The position numbers were made by a program, and so were the translations under genes. 64,000 nucleotides of DNA from assembly GCA_040386535.1 (NCBI GenBank), contig JAZKFH010000009.1, forward strand, positions 64,001-128,000. The letters are read 5' to 3'. The stretch is from Myxococcota bacterium (GTDB lineage: Bacteria; Myxococcota_A; UBA796; SXON01). Position 1 is the first letter of the stretch, and each line of letters opens with the position of its first letter. Positions 19,703 to 29,400 of the stretch are shown here, piece after piece. The notes under the pieces were generated by a model. It was given only the letters and a program-made list of their open reading frames with translations, was not told the DNA's origin and made no database searches.

Positions 19703-20034
19703 TGGCATTCTTCCACCCCGCCACCGAACGTGATCTGAAGCGCTTCCGCGAGTTCGAGGACTCGCTGGAGTTCATCGACGAGCGGCTGACGGATCGTTCC
19801 GATGTGATCTTCAACTGGACCCAGTTCCCGGCCGAGCCCTGCGCGGGAGGCAAGCGCGTGCTCCTCGTCGAGCGGTCGAGCCACGCGCTGGCCTGGGTGG
19901 TGGGGGACGGAGAGCGGTTCGGCAAGGTCGTGGCGGTGGAGGACGGCGATGTCGCCGACATCGTCCGCCGCTACGGATTTCACACCCCCGAGGAGCCGGT
20001 CCCCTGCGATCCACGGGGAACGCCGCCGCGATAG
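19702..20034 (+). CDS. Hypothetical protein (candidate immunity protein)
   Basis: 110 aa; TGATG coupling to the giant gene; normal codon bias. Confidence 0.6.
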   Translation: MAFFHPATERDLKRFREFEDSLEFIDERLTDRSDVIFNWTQFPAEPCAGGKRVLLVERSSHALAWVVGDGERFGKVVAVEDGDVADIVRRYGFHTPEEPVPCDPRGTPPR

Positions 20035-20073
20035 TACGGAGCAGCCGGATCTCCTCCGGCGCGGGAGCGCTTC

Positions 20074-20790
20074 GTGAGCAAGTCAGGATATCCCTTCGTG
20101 TTCCGGGACTGGACGGTGCCGGGCCCCGACGCGGTGCACGAGCGCTTCTTCGACGATCTGGCCGCGGGCCGCGGATGGTACCCGCCGGATCCCTCGCCGA
20201 TCGTGTGGCTCTCGGACCTCGCGAACGAGCAGCCCGCCGCGCTCCCGGTGGCCGAGCAGATTGTGGGCGAGCTTCTCGACGCCCCCAACGAGGCCCACGT
20301 GCTCGAGGGCATCATGGGCGTCGAGGGGATCCCGTCGGTGCCGGCGCAGGTGAGCCTGGCGCGCAAGGTCGCCGCGGGGTGGAACCCCGGCAACGAAGCG
20401 ATCCGCGCGGCCGTCTCGAAGCTCCTGCTGCTGAAGCGGTGGATGGGGAACGAGCCCGCCCTCGTCGCACGCGTGGCCAAGGCTGCCGACGGCGCGGGCC
20501 TGGCGGACCTCGCCGCGCGCCTGCGCTTCGTGCACGATCCCGACGATGCGGCCGTCTGGTCCGCCTACGCCGCGTTGGCGGGCAAAGGCGAGATCCCCGC
20601 TTCGGCGATCGGCGCCGACGCCGCGTGGACCCTCGCGACCCACCCGGCCCTCACGCCCCGCCATTGCGCGCTCGCCCATGGGTTTCCCGTGGCGGAGCGC
20701 CGCGCCATGTTGGCGAGCCTCGGCGTCGTCGCACGGGGCCGCGGCGTCACCGAAGACCAGCTGCGCACCTGGCTCGCGCTCACACCCTAG
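20074..20790 (+). CDS. Hypothetical helical protein (candidate immunity protein)
   Basis: 238 aa; GTG start after GGGAG; coding-like codon use; no recognised family. Confidence 0.6.
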   Translation: MSKSGYPFVFRDWTVPGPDAVHERFFDDLAAGRGWYPPDPSPIVWLSDLANEQPAALPVAEQIVGELLDAPNEAHVLEGIMGVEGIPSVPAQVSLARKVAAGWNPGNEAIRAAVSKLLLLKRWMGNEPALVARVAKAADGAGLADLAARLRFVHDPDDAAVWSAYAALAGKGEIPASAIGADAAWTLATHPALTPRHCALAHGFPVAERRAMLASLGVVARGRGVTEDQLRTWLALTP

Positions 20791-20955
20791 GGGCGAAGAA
20801 GGAGCCGCGCCAACCGCCTCGACGGGACGCCCCCGCCCAGCCGGTTCATCACGCGATCGGAGGGCCCGTTCGGAGGCACGGGGCCGCACTCGGCGAGGGG
20901 AGGGGACCCCGCGACGGCTCCCATCGGGCGCCACTCGGAGTAGGCTCTCGGGCGC

Positions 20956-21900
20956 ATGGCTGTCGAGCTCGTCACCGTCGGGACCGTGGAGGGGGTGGAG
21001 GTCCACCGTGCGCCCGTGGGCGGCGTGGTGTGGGACCGTGGGATGCTCCACCACCTCGCCGGCGCCGAGGTCGATTGGCAGATGCCCGTCGAGGAGGCCC
21101 CGCCCCTCGCGCTCGCCGGGCGCCGCCTGTACGCGGGCCTCGGCGACTGGCTGGTCTGCCTCGACGTGCGTACGGGGGCCGAGGTCTGGGCCGAGGATTG
21201 CGGCGCGCCGGTGACCGCGCTGGACGCCCATCCGGACGGCGTGGACGTGCTCGCCGGCGAGCAGGCGCTCCTCTTCGACCCGCGGGGCGCCCAGGGGGCG
21301 GCGGCGGCGGTGGGGCGTGTCGGGAGCCTGCTGCGTCGGGTCGGGGCGCTGCGGTACGTGGGCGCCGAAGGGGGCATCTGGCGGCTCGCCCCGGGGGAGA
21401 GGCCGGCGCTGCTCTTCGCGTGTACGTGCGACGCGCTGCACGTGCGGGACGGCGCGCTCCAGGCCCTCGTGCAGGGGCCGAACGGCACGGTGCTGGTGGA
21501 GGACGATGGCATGCCGATGGTGTGGCCGTTCGTCGAGGCGGGGGCGCATCACACTGCGCCCTGGGGCCGTACAGACTGGGCGGTCACGCCGCGCGGGGGC
21601 GTCAACGGGCTCTGGGTGGTCGACCGCCGGGTACAGACGCGCTGGCAGGTGCCGCTGCCAGGAAAGACGCGAGCGCTGGCGGTCGTGGGGAGCGCCATCG
21701 CGGTGGCCCTGGACGACGGAGGCCCCGCGCTCGCACTGATACATCGGGATGTATCAAAACCGTTGCTGCTCGCGCTCGGCAGCGCGCTCGACGGTGCCCC
21801 CTCGGGGACCGCGCCGCTGGGTCTCCATGCCGATGGGCCGCTGCTTTACTTGACACACGAGGGGCGCACCGTGATCTTGCACGTTCGGGAAACCGTCTGA
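20956..21900 (+). CDS. Hypothetical beta-propeller (PQQ-like) protein
   Basis: LVCLDVRTGAEVW is a PQQ-repeat-like blade, with repeated short beta strands ending in Trp. Confidence 0.6.
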   Translation: MAVELVTVGTVEGVEVHRAPVGGVVWDRGMLHHLAGAEVDWQMPVEEAPPLALAGRRLYAGLGDWLVCLDVRTGAEVWAEDCGAPVTALDAHPDGVDVLAGEQALLFDPRGAQGAAAAVGRVGSLLRRVGALRYVGAEGGIWRLAPGERPALLFACTCDALHVRDGALQALVQGPNGTVLVEDDGMPMVWPFVEAGAHHTAPWGRTDWAVTPRGGVNGLWVVDRRVQTRWQVPLPGKTRALAVVGSAIAVALDDGGPALALIHRDVSKPLLLALGSALDGAPSGTAPLGLHADGPLLYLTHEGRTVILHVRETV

Positions 21901-22604
21901 TGTTGACGCTGGACCAACACTTCGCCTCCGGGTACCTGCCCGCCCTCATCGGCGCCTACTTCAACCTGGCCCAGCTCTTGAGCCAGAACGCCAACTCCTC
22001 GGTCCCCGAGGTGCGCACCGCCGTGGTGGAGGAGGTGCCGCGCCTCCGCCAGACCGGCGAGTTCATCAAGGACAAGGTGCGCCTCGTGCAAGCGCTCGCC
22101 GAGATCGTCGGGTTCACGGCGCCGCCGCCCCCGCGTGTGCCCGAGGAGTACTACCCGTGGTTCGAGGAGGTCCACGGCGGCTTCCGCACCGCGCTGGTGA
22201 CCCATCACCGGGGGGAGGTGACCCAGCTGTTCGGGCACCGCATCGGCGACATCCTTTGCTCGTGGAACGTGCTGCTGCTCACGCTCCGGTTGCTCGTGGC
22301 GGACCCGGGTTCACCCGTGCTCGAACAGCAGCTCGGCTCGCTCGTCGACGATCTTCGCAACGCCGCCGACGCGCTGCGCATCACCACCCGGCACCCCAAC
22401 CTGCCGCCCTCCCTGTTTCCGCTGGGCGAGCTGGTCATCCACGCGGTCGACGAGCTGCTCGGCCTCCCCCTGACGGACGCGGGCTCCGGGGAGCTGACGA
22501 TCGCCGGCCAGCGGCTGAACGAGCGGATGCGTGAGCTGTCGGTGGCCGTGGCGCACGCCGAGGAAGCGCTCAAGGAGACCGGCGGCGGCATTCCGGACGC
22601 GTGA
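21900..22604 (+). CDS. Hypothetical alpha-helical protein
   Basis: Starts MLTLDQHFASGYLPALIG at ATG 21900 (TGATG overlap), 234 aa. This is the 3' part of track ORF 20175..22604. Confidence 0.7.
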   Translation: MLTLDQHFASGYLPALIGAYFNLAQLLSQNANSSVPEVRTAVVEEVPRLRQTGEFIKDKVRLVQALAEIVGFTAPPPPRVPEEYYPWFEEVHGGFRTALVTHHRGEVTQLFGHRIGDILCSWNVLLLTLRLLVADPGSPVLEQQLGSLVDDLRNAADALRITTRHPNLPPSLFPLGELVIHAVDELLGLPLTDAGSGELTIAGQRLNERMRELSVAVAHAEEALKETGGGIPDA

Positions 22605-22651
22605 TCTGAACCATCGATACATCGGCGCGGATGTATCATTCCTCGAAAGTA

Positions 22652-23572
22652 TCAGTCCCGGATCCGCATCGCCTCCGCGGCCGCGCCGAGGAGCCCAAGG
22701 CCGGGGTGCGTCACGACGTAGACCGGCACGTGCTGGATGGCGGCGCCGAGCTTGCCCTTGCCAGAGAAGCGCGCGCGAAACGTCCCCGCCAGGAGGGTGT
22801 CGATCATGCGCGGGGCGATGCCGCCGCAGAGGTACACGCCGCCGCGCGCCAACACGCGGAGCGCGAGGTTGCCGGCCTCCGCGCCGTACAGCGCGCAGAA
22901 CCACGCGACGATCTCGGGGTCCTCGGCGGCCACCCGCGCGGGGGCGTCGGGGCCGTCCAGCCAGGCGGGGGGTGGCTCCCCGCGGTCGACACTCGCGAAA
23001 CGTGCGAGGTTCACCAGCCCGGGGCCCGAGAGCACGTCCTCCCAGGAGGCGCGCCCGTTGCGCCCGAAGAGCCAGGCGGCGAGCCGCAGCTCTCGCGCGT
23101 CTCCGGGGCCGAAGTCCGCGTGGCCTCCCTCCCCGGGCACCACCTCGTCTCCCACCACGAACGCCTCGCCCAGGCCTGTCCCCGCGCCGATCACCGCGCG
23201 CGGCGCGCCCAGCACGGGGTCGCCCCCGAAGAGCTGGACCGTGTCCGACGGGCCGAGCAGCGTGATCCCGCGGGCGGCCGCGTGGAAATCGTTGATGATG
23301 CGCACCGGACAGCCCAGCAGGGCGGCGAGCGCCACGCCGTCGACGAGCCACGGGATGTTCGTGGTGCGGCACCGCTGGTCCATCACCGGTCCGGCGACGG
23401 CGAAACAGGCGCGGTCGGGCCGGACTCCGGTGCTCGCCTGCCAGGCGGTCAACGGCGCTTCGAGCCCCGGCCACTCCGCGCTCGCGAACGTCTGCTCGTG
23501 CTGGAGCGCGCCGCCCTCCCACAAGGCGAGCCGCGTGTTCGTGCCCCCGATGTCCCCACAAAGGATCCGCAT
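22652..23572 (-). CDS. glk: Glucokinase
   Basis: GDIGGTNTR, INDF, GAGTGLG, EGGH, LSGPGL and GGVYLCGGIAPR. Confidence 0.95.
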   Translation of the reverse strand: MRILCGDIGGTNTRLALWEGGALQHEQTFASAEWPGLEAPLTAWQASTGVRPDRACFAVAGPVMDQRCRTTNIPWLVDGVALAALLGCPVRIINDFHAAARGITLLGPSDTVQLFGGDPVLGAPRAVIGAGTGLGEAFVVGDEVVPGEGGHADFGPGDARELRLAAWLFGRNGRASWEDVLSGPGLVNLARFASVDRGEPPPAWLDGPDAPARVAAEDPEIVAWFCALYGAEAGNLALRVLARGGVYLCGGIAPRMIDTLLAGTFRARFSGKGKLGAAIQHVPVYVVTHPGLGLLGAAAEAMRIRD

Positions 23573-23715
23573 CCAAGGGAGATACCGCGTGGCGCGGCGG
23601 CGGCAAGCCCGGAGCCCACCCCAATCCAGGATTGGTCAACGATTTCGTGCCGAGGGTGTGTCGGTGTGGCCCGAGGTCTGGAGGCGGGTCGCCCCGGGGT
23701 GATACCCGTCCAGAC

Positions 23716-25017
23716 GTGATCCTCTCCCTCGCCGTGTCCCTCTCGCTCGCATCGACCGGGCCCTCGTCGGCGCCAGGGGCCCTACTCGGCGCCCGCGAGG
23801 AGACCCTCTCGAACGGCCTCCGCGTGGTGGTCCACCCGTGGCCCGACGCGCCCGTCGTGGCCATCCGGCTCTTGTTGCCCGTGGGGGCGGCCGCGGATCC
23901 TCCGGGGCGGAGCGGCCTCGCGCACCTCGTCGAGCACCTCTCCTTCGAGGGCTCGGCAAACGTCCCCGGCAACGGCTACGATCGGCAGCTCGCCGCCGTC
24001 GGCGCTACCAACGACGCGTCGACCGGCCACGACGCGATGGTCTTCGCGGTGACCCTGCCGCCCGGCGCGCTGCCCCTCGCCTTGTTCCTGGAGGGGGACC
24101 GCCTGGGGTGGCTCACTCCTACCGGGCTCGCCCTGCTCAACCAGCAGGCCGTCGTCGCCAACGAGCGGGCCGAGTCGGCGCGGGGGGACCAGGTACGGCG
24201 GGCCCTGGCCCCCTTGTTGTGGCCCGCGGGCCATCCGTACGCGCGGCCCGTCCTGGGGCACCCCGCGGAGCTCGCGAGCGTGACCCTCGCGGACGTGGAC
24301 ACCTTCGTGGCGCGCGCCTTCCGGCCGCGGGGGGCCACGCTCGTGATCGTGGGCCCCGTGGACGTGGAGGCGACCCTCGCCGACACGCGCCGATGGTTCG
24401 GAGAGATCGCCGAAGCGCCTGCCGCCGTCTCGCCCGCACCTCCGAACACTCCTCCAGTCGCGCCGATCCGCGCCTGGGTGCCCGGCGACGTGGACCGGGT
24501 CCGCCTGCGCCTCGGATGGAGGACGTTCGACCGCACACATCCCGATCGCGTAGCGCTGGAGCTGGCGGGCGCCCTGCTCGAGGACTTGTTGCGGGCGGAC
24601 GGGGTGGGAGTGAACGTCTGGGCGGGACGCCTGGGCGGGGAGGTCACGGTCGCGGCGGACGTCGAGCGCGCCGGTGGAGTGCTTCGGCGGGTAGAGGCGG
24701 CCGTGTCTCGCATGGCGCACGCCGGCCCCGCGGAGGGCGCGCTCGAACGGATCCGCGCGATGGCTCGGGCATGGGAGCTCCGATCGCTCCAGACAGCCGA
24801 AGGGCGTGCCACCGCCCTGCTGGAGTGTGTCGACCGCACGGGGGCGGCCGATTGCCTGCCCGCGGAGTGGGCGGCGCGCGCGGCCGTGGACGGGGAGACG
24901 ATCCGGCGGGTCGTCAGGCACTGGCTCGCCCCGGAGGCTCGTGTCGTGTTGGCGCTCGCGCCCTCGTCGCGCCGCCGCGCGCCCCTGCCGCGGATGACGC
25001 TGATGGACACGCCGTGA
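23716..25017 (+). CDS. M16 family (pitrilysin-like) Zn peptidase, catalytic subunit
   Basis: TLSNGLRV, SGLAHLVEHLSFEGS (HxxEH), VVANER and HPYARPVLG; signal-like N-terminus from GTG 23716. Confidence 0.88.
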   Translation: MILSLAVSLSLASTGPSSAPGALLGAREETLSNGLRVVVHPWPDAPVVAIRLLLPVGAAADPPGRSGLAHLVEHLSFEGSANVPGNGYDRQLAAVGATNDASTGHDAMVFAVTLPPGALPLALFLEGDRLGWLTPTGLALLNQQAVVANERAESARGDQVRRALAPLLWPAGHPYARPVLGHPAELASVTLADVDTFVARAFRPRGATLVIVGPVDVEATLADTRRWFGEIAEAPAAVSPAPPNTPPVAPIRAWVPGDVDRVRLRLGWRTFDRTHPDRVALELAGALLEDLLRADGVGVNVWAGRLGGEVTVAADVERAGGVLRRVEAAVSRMAHAGPAEGALERIRAMARAWELRSLQTAEGRATALLECVDRTGAADCLPAEWAARAAVDGETIRRVVRHWLAPEARVVLALAPSSRRRAPLPRMTLMDTP

Positions 25018-26393
25018 GCGGTGTCGTGTTGGCGCTCCTCTTCACCGCCCGCGCGGAGCCGCCGCCCGTCCCACCGCCCCGCCCGCCGGTCGTACCGTCG
25101 GTCTGGACGGGCACGCTCGGGGGAGACCCGGCAGGGATGCCCGTCGCCGTGGTCGAGCGCCACGGGTTGCCGCTGGTGCGGGTGGAGCTGAGCTTCGACA
25201 CGACCGCGATCCGGCACCGGCTCGCGCCTGGGGCCCTGTATGCCCTGGGAGCGGTTTGGCGCGACGCTGATACACGTGACACATTGGAGCGGTTGGGAGC
25301 GGATGTATCGATCGGCTGTGGCGCCGTGCGGTGCTGGAGCGTGCTGGAGGTGCCGGTAGAGGGCCTGCGGGAAGCGCTCGTGCACACGGCGGCGGCCGTC
25401 CGCCGGCCCACGTTGGAGGGCAAGGCGCTCGCGGACTGGCGGCGCGACACACGGCGGGAGTGGCGCACGGACTGGCTCGGGCCGGGGATCGTGCACGCGC
25501 GCGCGTTCGGACGGCTCACGTGGCCGGAGGGGCATCCGTATCGGCTCGACCGGGCGGCGGCGGCGTTCCGGGTGCAGCGAGCGGCGGTCCGCGAAGCGTG
25601 GCGGGTGGTGGTGGCAGAGGCCCCCGTGAGCGTAGTGGTAGCGGGCGACGTGGTGCCGGCGGACGTGTTGCCGCTCGTGGAGGTCGCCTACGGCGGTCTC
25701 GGCGGCCGCACCGAGGCGGTTTCGGTAGCGGCGCCTGCCGCCACCACGACGCGCCGGGTTTTGGTGGACGCACCGGGGGCGAACCAGGCCCTCGTAAGCT
25801 TGGGGTGGCCGAGCCCGACGCAGGCGGATGCCGATCACGCCGCCTACACCCTTGCGTTCCAGGCGCTCGCCGGGGGCTTCGCGTCGCGGCTCAACCTCCG
25901 GCTCCGGGAGGACGACGGGCTGACTTACCGGGTGGACGGCGCGTACGTCGCCGAGGCCGGCTACGGCTGGTCCGAGATCGAGCTCGCGACCGATCCCGAC
26001 CAGGTGGCGAGGGTGCTCGCACGCCTCTCCGAGGAGCTCGACCGCGCTCGGACCGGCGGCTTCACCGACGAGGAGGTGACCGCCGCGCGCCACCGGCTGT
26101 GGGTCCAGGGGGCGACCGAGACCTCCACCCTCGCAGGGGTGGCCCGGATGCTCTGGCGCGATCGACGCGCCGGGAGGGAGCCCGGAGCGTCGATGATACA
26201 TCTGTCGATGTATCAGGATGTGTCACTCGCGGAGGTGGGCGCCGCCGCGGCGGCGTGGCTCGCCGGGCCACGTACGTGGCTGGTCTCGGGCGACGCCGAC
26301 ACGCTCGAGCCCGTGCTGGAGACGGCGGGATGGGCGACGGACACGGTGTGGGGCGTTTGCCAGGCGGTCTACGGGGGGGCGTGCCCGCGGTAG
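25014..26393 (+). CDS. M16 family peptidase, non-catalytic partner subunit
   Basis: GTGA overlap. VVERHGLPLV, GHPY and GGFASRLNLRLREDDGLTY (R/Y pair); no HxxEH. Confidence 0.82.
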   Translation: MSGVVLALLFTARAEPPPVPPPRPPVVPSVWTGTLGGDPAGMPVAVVERHGLPLVRVELSFDTTAIRHRLAPGALYALGAVWRDADTRDTLERLGADVSIGCGAVRCWSVLEVPVEGLREALVHTAAAVRRPTLEGKALADWRRDTRREWRTDWLGPGIVHARAFGRLTWPEGHPYRLDRAAAAFRVQRAAVREAWRVVVAEAPVSVVVAGDVVPADVLPLVEVAYGGLGGRTEAVSVAAPAATTTRRVLVDAPGANQALVSLGWPSPTQADADHAAYTLAFQALAGGFASRLNLRLREDDGLTYRVDGAYVAEAGYGWSEIELATDPDQVARVLARLSEELDRARTGGFTDEEVTAARHRLWVQGATETSTLAGVARMLWRDRRAGREPGASMIHLSMYQDVSLAEVGAAAAAWLAGPRTWLVSGDADTLEPVLETAGWATDTVWGVCQAVYGGACPR

Positions 26394-26406
26394 CGGGAGC
26401 CATCGA

Positions 26407-29400
26407 TCACGACTCGTCGGTGACCACGGCCTCGGCCTGAGCCTCTGACTCGACCTTGGCCCGCGCCTTTCGGGCGATGTCGGTCCACCCCTGCCGCTCG
26501 GCGCTGGCCGCGAGGCGCTCGAGCGGGCCCCGGAGATCGAGTGCGCTCCGCTCGCCGAGGCCCCGCTCGCGCGCCACCGCCCACCAGGCGCGGCAGGTAC
26601 GCTCGTCGCCGTCTTCCGCGGCGAGCACGGCACGGAGCACGCCGATGTACATCCACACGCCGTGTTGCGGGCTGCGCGCGAGCCCGTCAGCGGCGGCCTC
26701 GACCGCGCTCCGCATTCGGCGCAGCTCGCCACGCGCGAAGGCCAACAGCGCCAGCTGCACTCGCGCGGACGCGGCGCCCTCGGACATCTCCCGCTCCTCG
26801 CAGAACCGCGCGAGCCACCGGTTGAGCTCCTCCGCAGTGTCCAGATCGCCGCGCTGGCGGGCCACTTGTGACAACAACGCCCGGCACCGCATGTGGAGCT
26901 GGTCGGCGCCGAGCGTGGCGGCGATGGCCCCCGCCGTGGTGAAGAGGCGCTGGGCCTCGTCGTAGTTGCGCCGCTCCAGGTGGAGCATGCCCCAGGTGGC
27001 CGACGCCTCGGCGATGCGCCGGGTGTCCCCGCTCGCGCGGCTCACCGTTTGCAGCCGGGCCACCTGCCGGTCGATCTGCTCCAGCCGCCCCGCGCGGATC
27101 AGCGCCTCGACCAGCCCGTTGAGCGCCTCCGCTTCGAGCGCGAGGTCCCCACGGTTCATCCGCACCACCTCGCCCCAGTGGGTGATCGACTGGATGGCGA
27201 GCCCCGCCATCCGCGCGAGCTTGGCGCGTTGCGCGGCGACCTCGATTAGGCCCGCCCGGTCGCGCAACGCGGTGAAGGTCTGGTGGGCGGCGTCGAACTC
27301 GCGCTGGGCGGTCTCCACGTCACCCCCCTTGCGGGCGGCGCGGCCGAGCAGGACCCGCAGACGTGCGCGGGCGAGGCGGTCTCCCTCGACCTCGCGCAGG
27401 GCGTGCTCGATGAGCGGTACGGCGCGCTCGGGTTCGCCGGCTTCCAACAGGGCCTCGGCGTGCAGGCGGCGGGCTTCGAGCCGCGCGGTCGGCTGACCGA
27501 CGGCGTCCGCGGCCTCGATCGCCATCGCGCCCGCGCGGATCGCGTCGCGCGCACGCCCGCCCTGGTTCATCTTGCGCGCCGCGGAGAGCAGGTGCCCGAG
27601 CGCCTTGTCGGGCTCGCCGGAGCGCAGGCGGTGCATGCCGAGGGGGAGGTCGACGTCGAGATCGGTGCTGCCGCCGAGGGTCTGCCAGGCGTCGGCGAGG
27701 CGGCGGTGCAGCTCCTTCACGTTGGGGGCGCGGCCGGCCACCTCGAGGGCGGCCTCGTGAAGGCGGCTCTGCTCGAAGACGAGGTACCCGCGCCGCTCGG
27801 CGACGAGGCCCGTGGCGAGGAGGGCGTCGAGGCCCGCGTCGTTGACGGCGCGGATGAGGGCGGCGGGGGGCTCCTGCCCGGCGAGCGCGGCGGCGGCGAG
27901 CGCCTCGCCCGCGGCGGCGGGATCGGTGGCGCTGTCGATCGCGGCCTGGAGCCGACGGCGGAGGAGCGACGCGGGATCGCGCGGCATGGCCTCGGCGAGC
28001 GTGATGTCGGGGGAGAGGATGTAGAGCCCGCCGGCGCCGGGGACGAGCAGCTTGCGCGCTGCCCACTCGCGCAGGAGCAGGCCGGCGGTGAGCGGATCGC
28101 CCTCACACTCGAGGCTCACGACGCGCGCGAGCTCGGGGTGGAGCTGGAGCGACTCCTGCACGACCTTCCGCGTCTCGGTGAGGTTCAGGCGACGCAAGCC
28201 GATACGCCGCGCGCCGCGCTCCTGCAGGCTCTCCACCTTTCGACGCAACGCGGGATCACGCGCCAGCGCCTCGGTCGAGAGGGTGCACAACACCAGCACC
28301 GGCCGCTCGCCGACGGTGCGATCGAGCAGCGCCTCGGCGATCGAGAGGCCGTCTCCATCCGCGAGGGCGTGGTGGGCGTCCTCCAGCACGAGGCACGAGC
28401 CGCCGCGCCACGCCCGCGCGTCGAGGTAGCGGTACAGGTAGGCGAGGCCGACGGCGTCGTTCACCGGGGGCTCGCCGTCCTTGAGGTAGCCACACCACCG
28501 GGTGAGGAACGAGGCCTCCTCTGTCATGTCGATGGGCGGCGCCTGCCGGTCGCGCCCGATCCAGCGCGCGAGCCGGCTCTCCATGCCCTCCCGGGTGTCG
28601 TTCCAGGGGACCAACAAGTCGCGCACCGCGCCGCGGAAGCCATCGTCCACGCCCGGCGGGGAGTGGTACTGGAGCGGGGTCACCTCGAGCCAGCCGCCCT
28701 CCTCGAAGGCGTTCGCCACCGCGTTCACGAGGCGGGTCTTGCCCGAGCCGCTCTCCCCGACGACCAGCACCACGCGCGGCGTACCGAGCGCGATGACCTC
28801 GCGCGCCGCGTCCCACAACACCTGCCGCTCCCGCTCGCGCCCCACCAGCGGCACCTCGCGCAGCGCGAAGAGGGGGAGGGACGCGCGCGCCGGCGCCTCC
28901 CAGCCGGTCTCCATCGGCGGCTTGGACGGGATCGGATCGGGCTGCACGCGGTTCCAGCGCATGGCGCCGCGGTGCGGATCATCGGGCGCCGAGGAGACGG
29001 ACAGCGGGTACTCGCCGGGGCCCAGCATCGGGCCGGTCGTCGCGCTCGTGGCGGCGTCTCCCCGGAAGCTGCGGACGCGGCCGCGGAAGCTCTGGCCCTT
29101 CACCGCGTCGCGAAGGGCGCGGCGCACGTCGGCCGCGCGATCCATGCGCTGGCGGGGCTCGGGATCGAGGAGGGAAGCCACGAGATCCGAGAGCGCCGCC
29201 GGGATGGGAACCTCGACGCTCGCCGCGAGCGACGGCGGCGGGCGCATGCGCGCCTCGAGCAGATCCTGGCGCCCCTCGCCCGGGTGCGGGCGCTCGCCGG
29301 AGAGGGTCTCGTGGAGGATGAGCCCTACGGCGTACAGATCGGTCCACGGGCCGAGGTCCTGGGTGCGCCCGAGCAGCTGCTCGGGGGCCATGTACCCGGG

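Larger units (their letters stand above)
21737..26225. repeat. Cluster of GATACATC/GATGTATC sites (inverted pairs)
   Basis: Inverted pairs at 21737-21756 (2-nt spacer), 22616-22637 (6-nt) and 26194-26215 (4-nt). Single or variant sites at 25268, 25277, 25302 and 26217. Confidence 0.75.

Noticed and set aside
10568..19708. Long minus-strand ORFs 10568..16108 and 16331..19708
   Set aside because: Antisense shadows of the strongly codon-biased giant gene; no protein motifs.
22616..22637. GATACATC-GGCGCG-GATGTATC read as a simple terminator between convergent genes
   Set aside because: It could form a hairpin, but the same motif recurs inside coding regions with 2- and 4-nt spacers, so it is treated as part of the site cluster.
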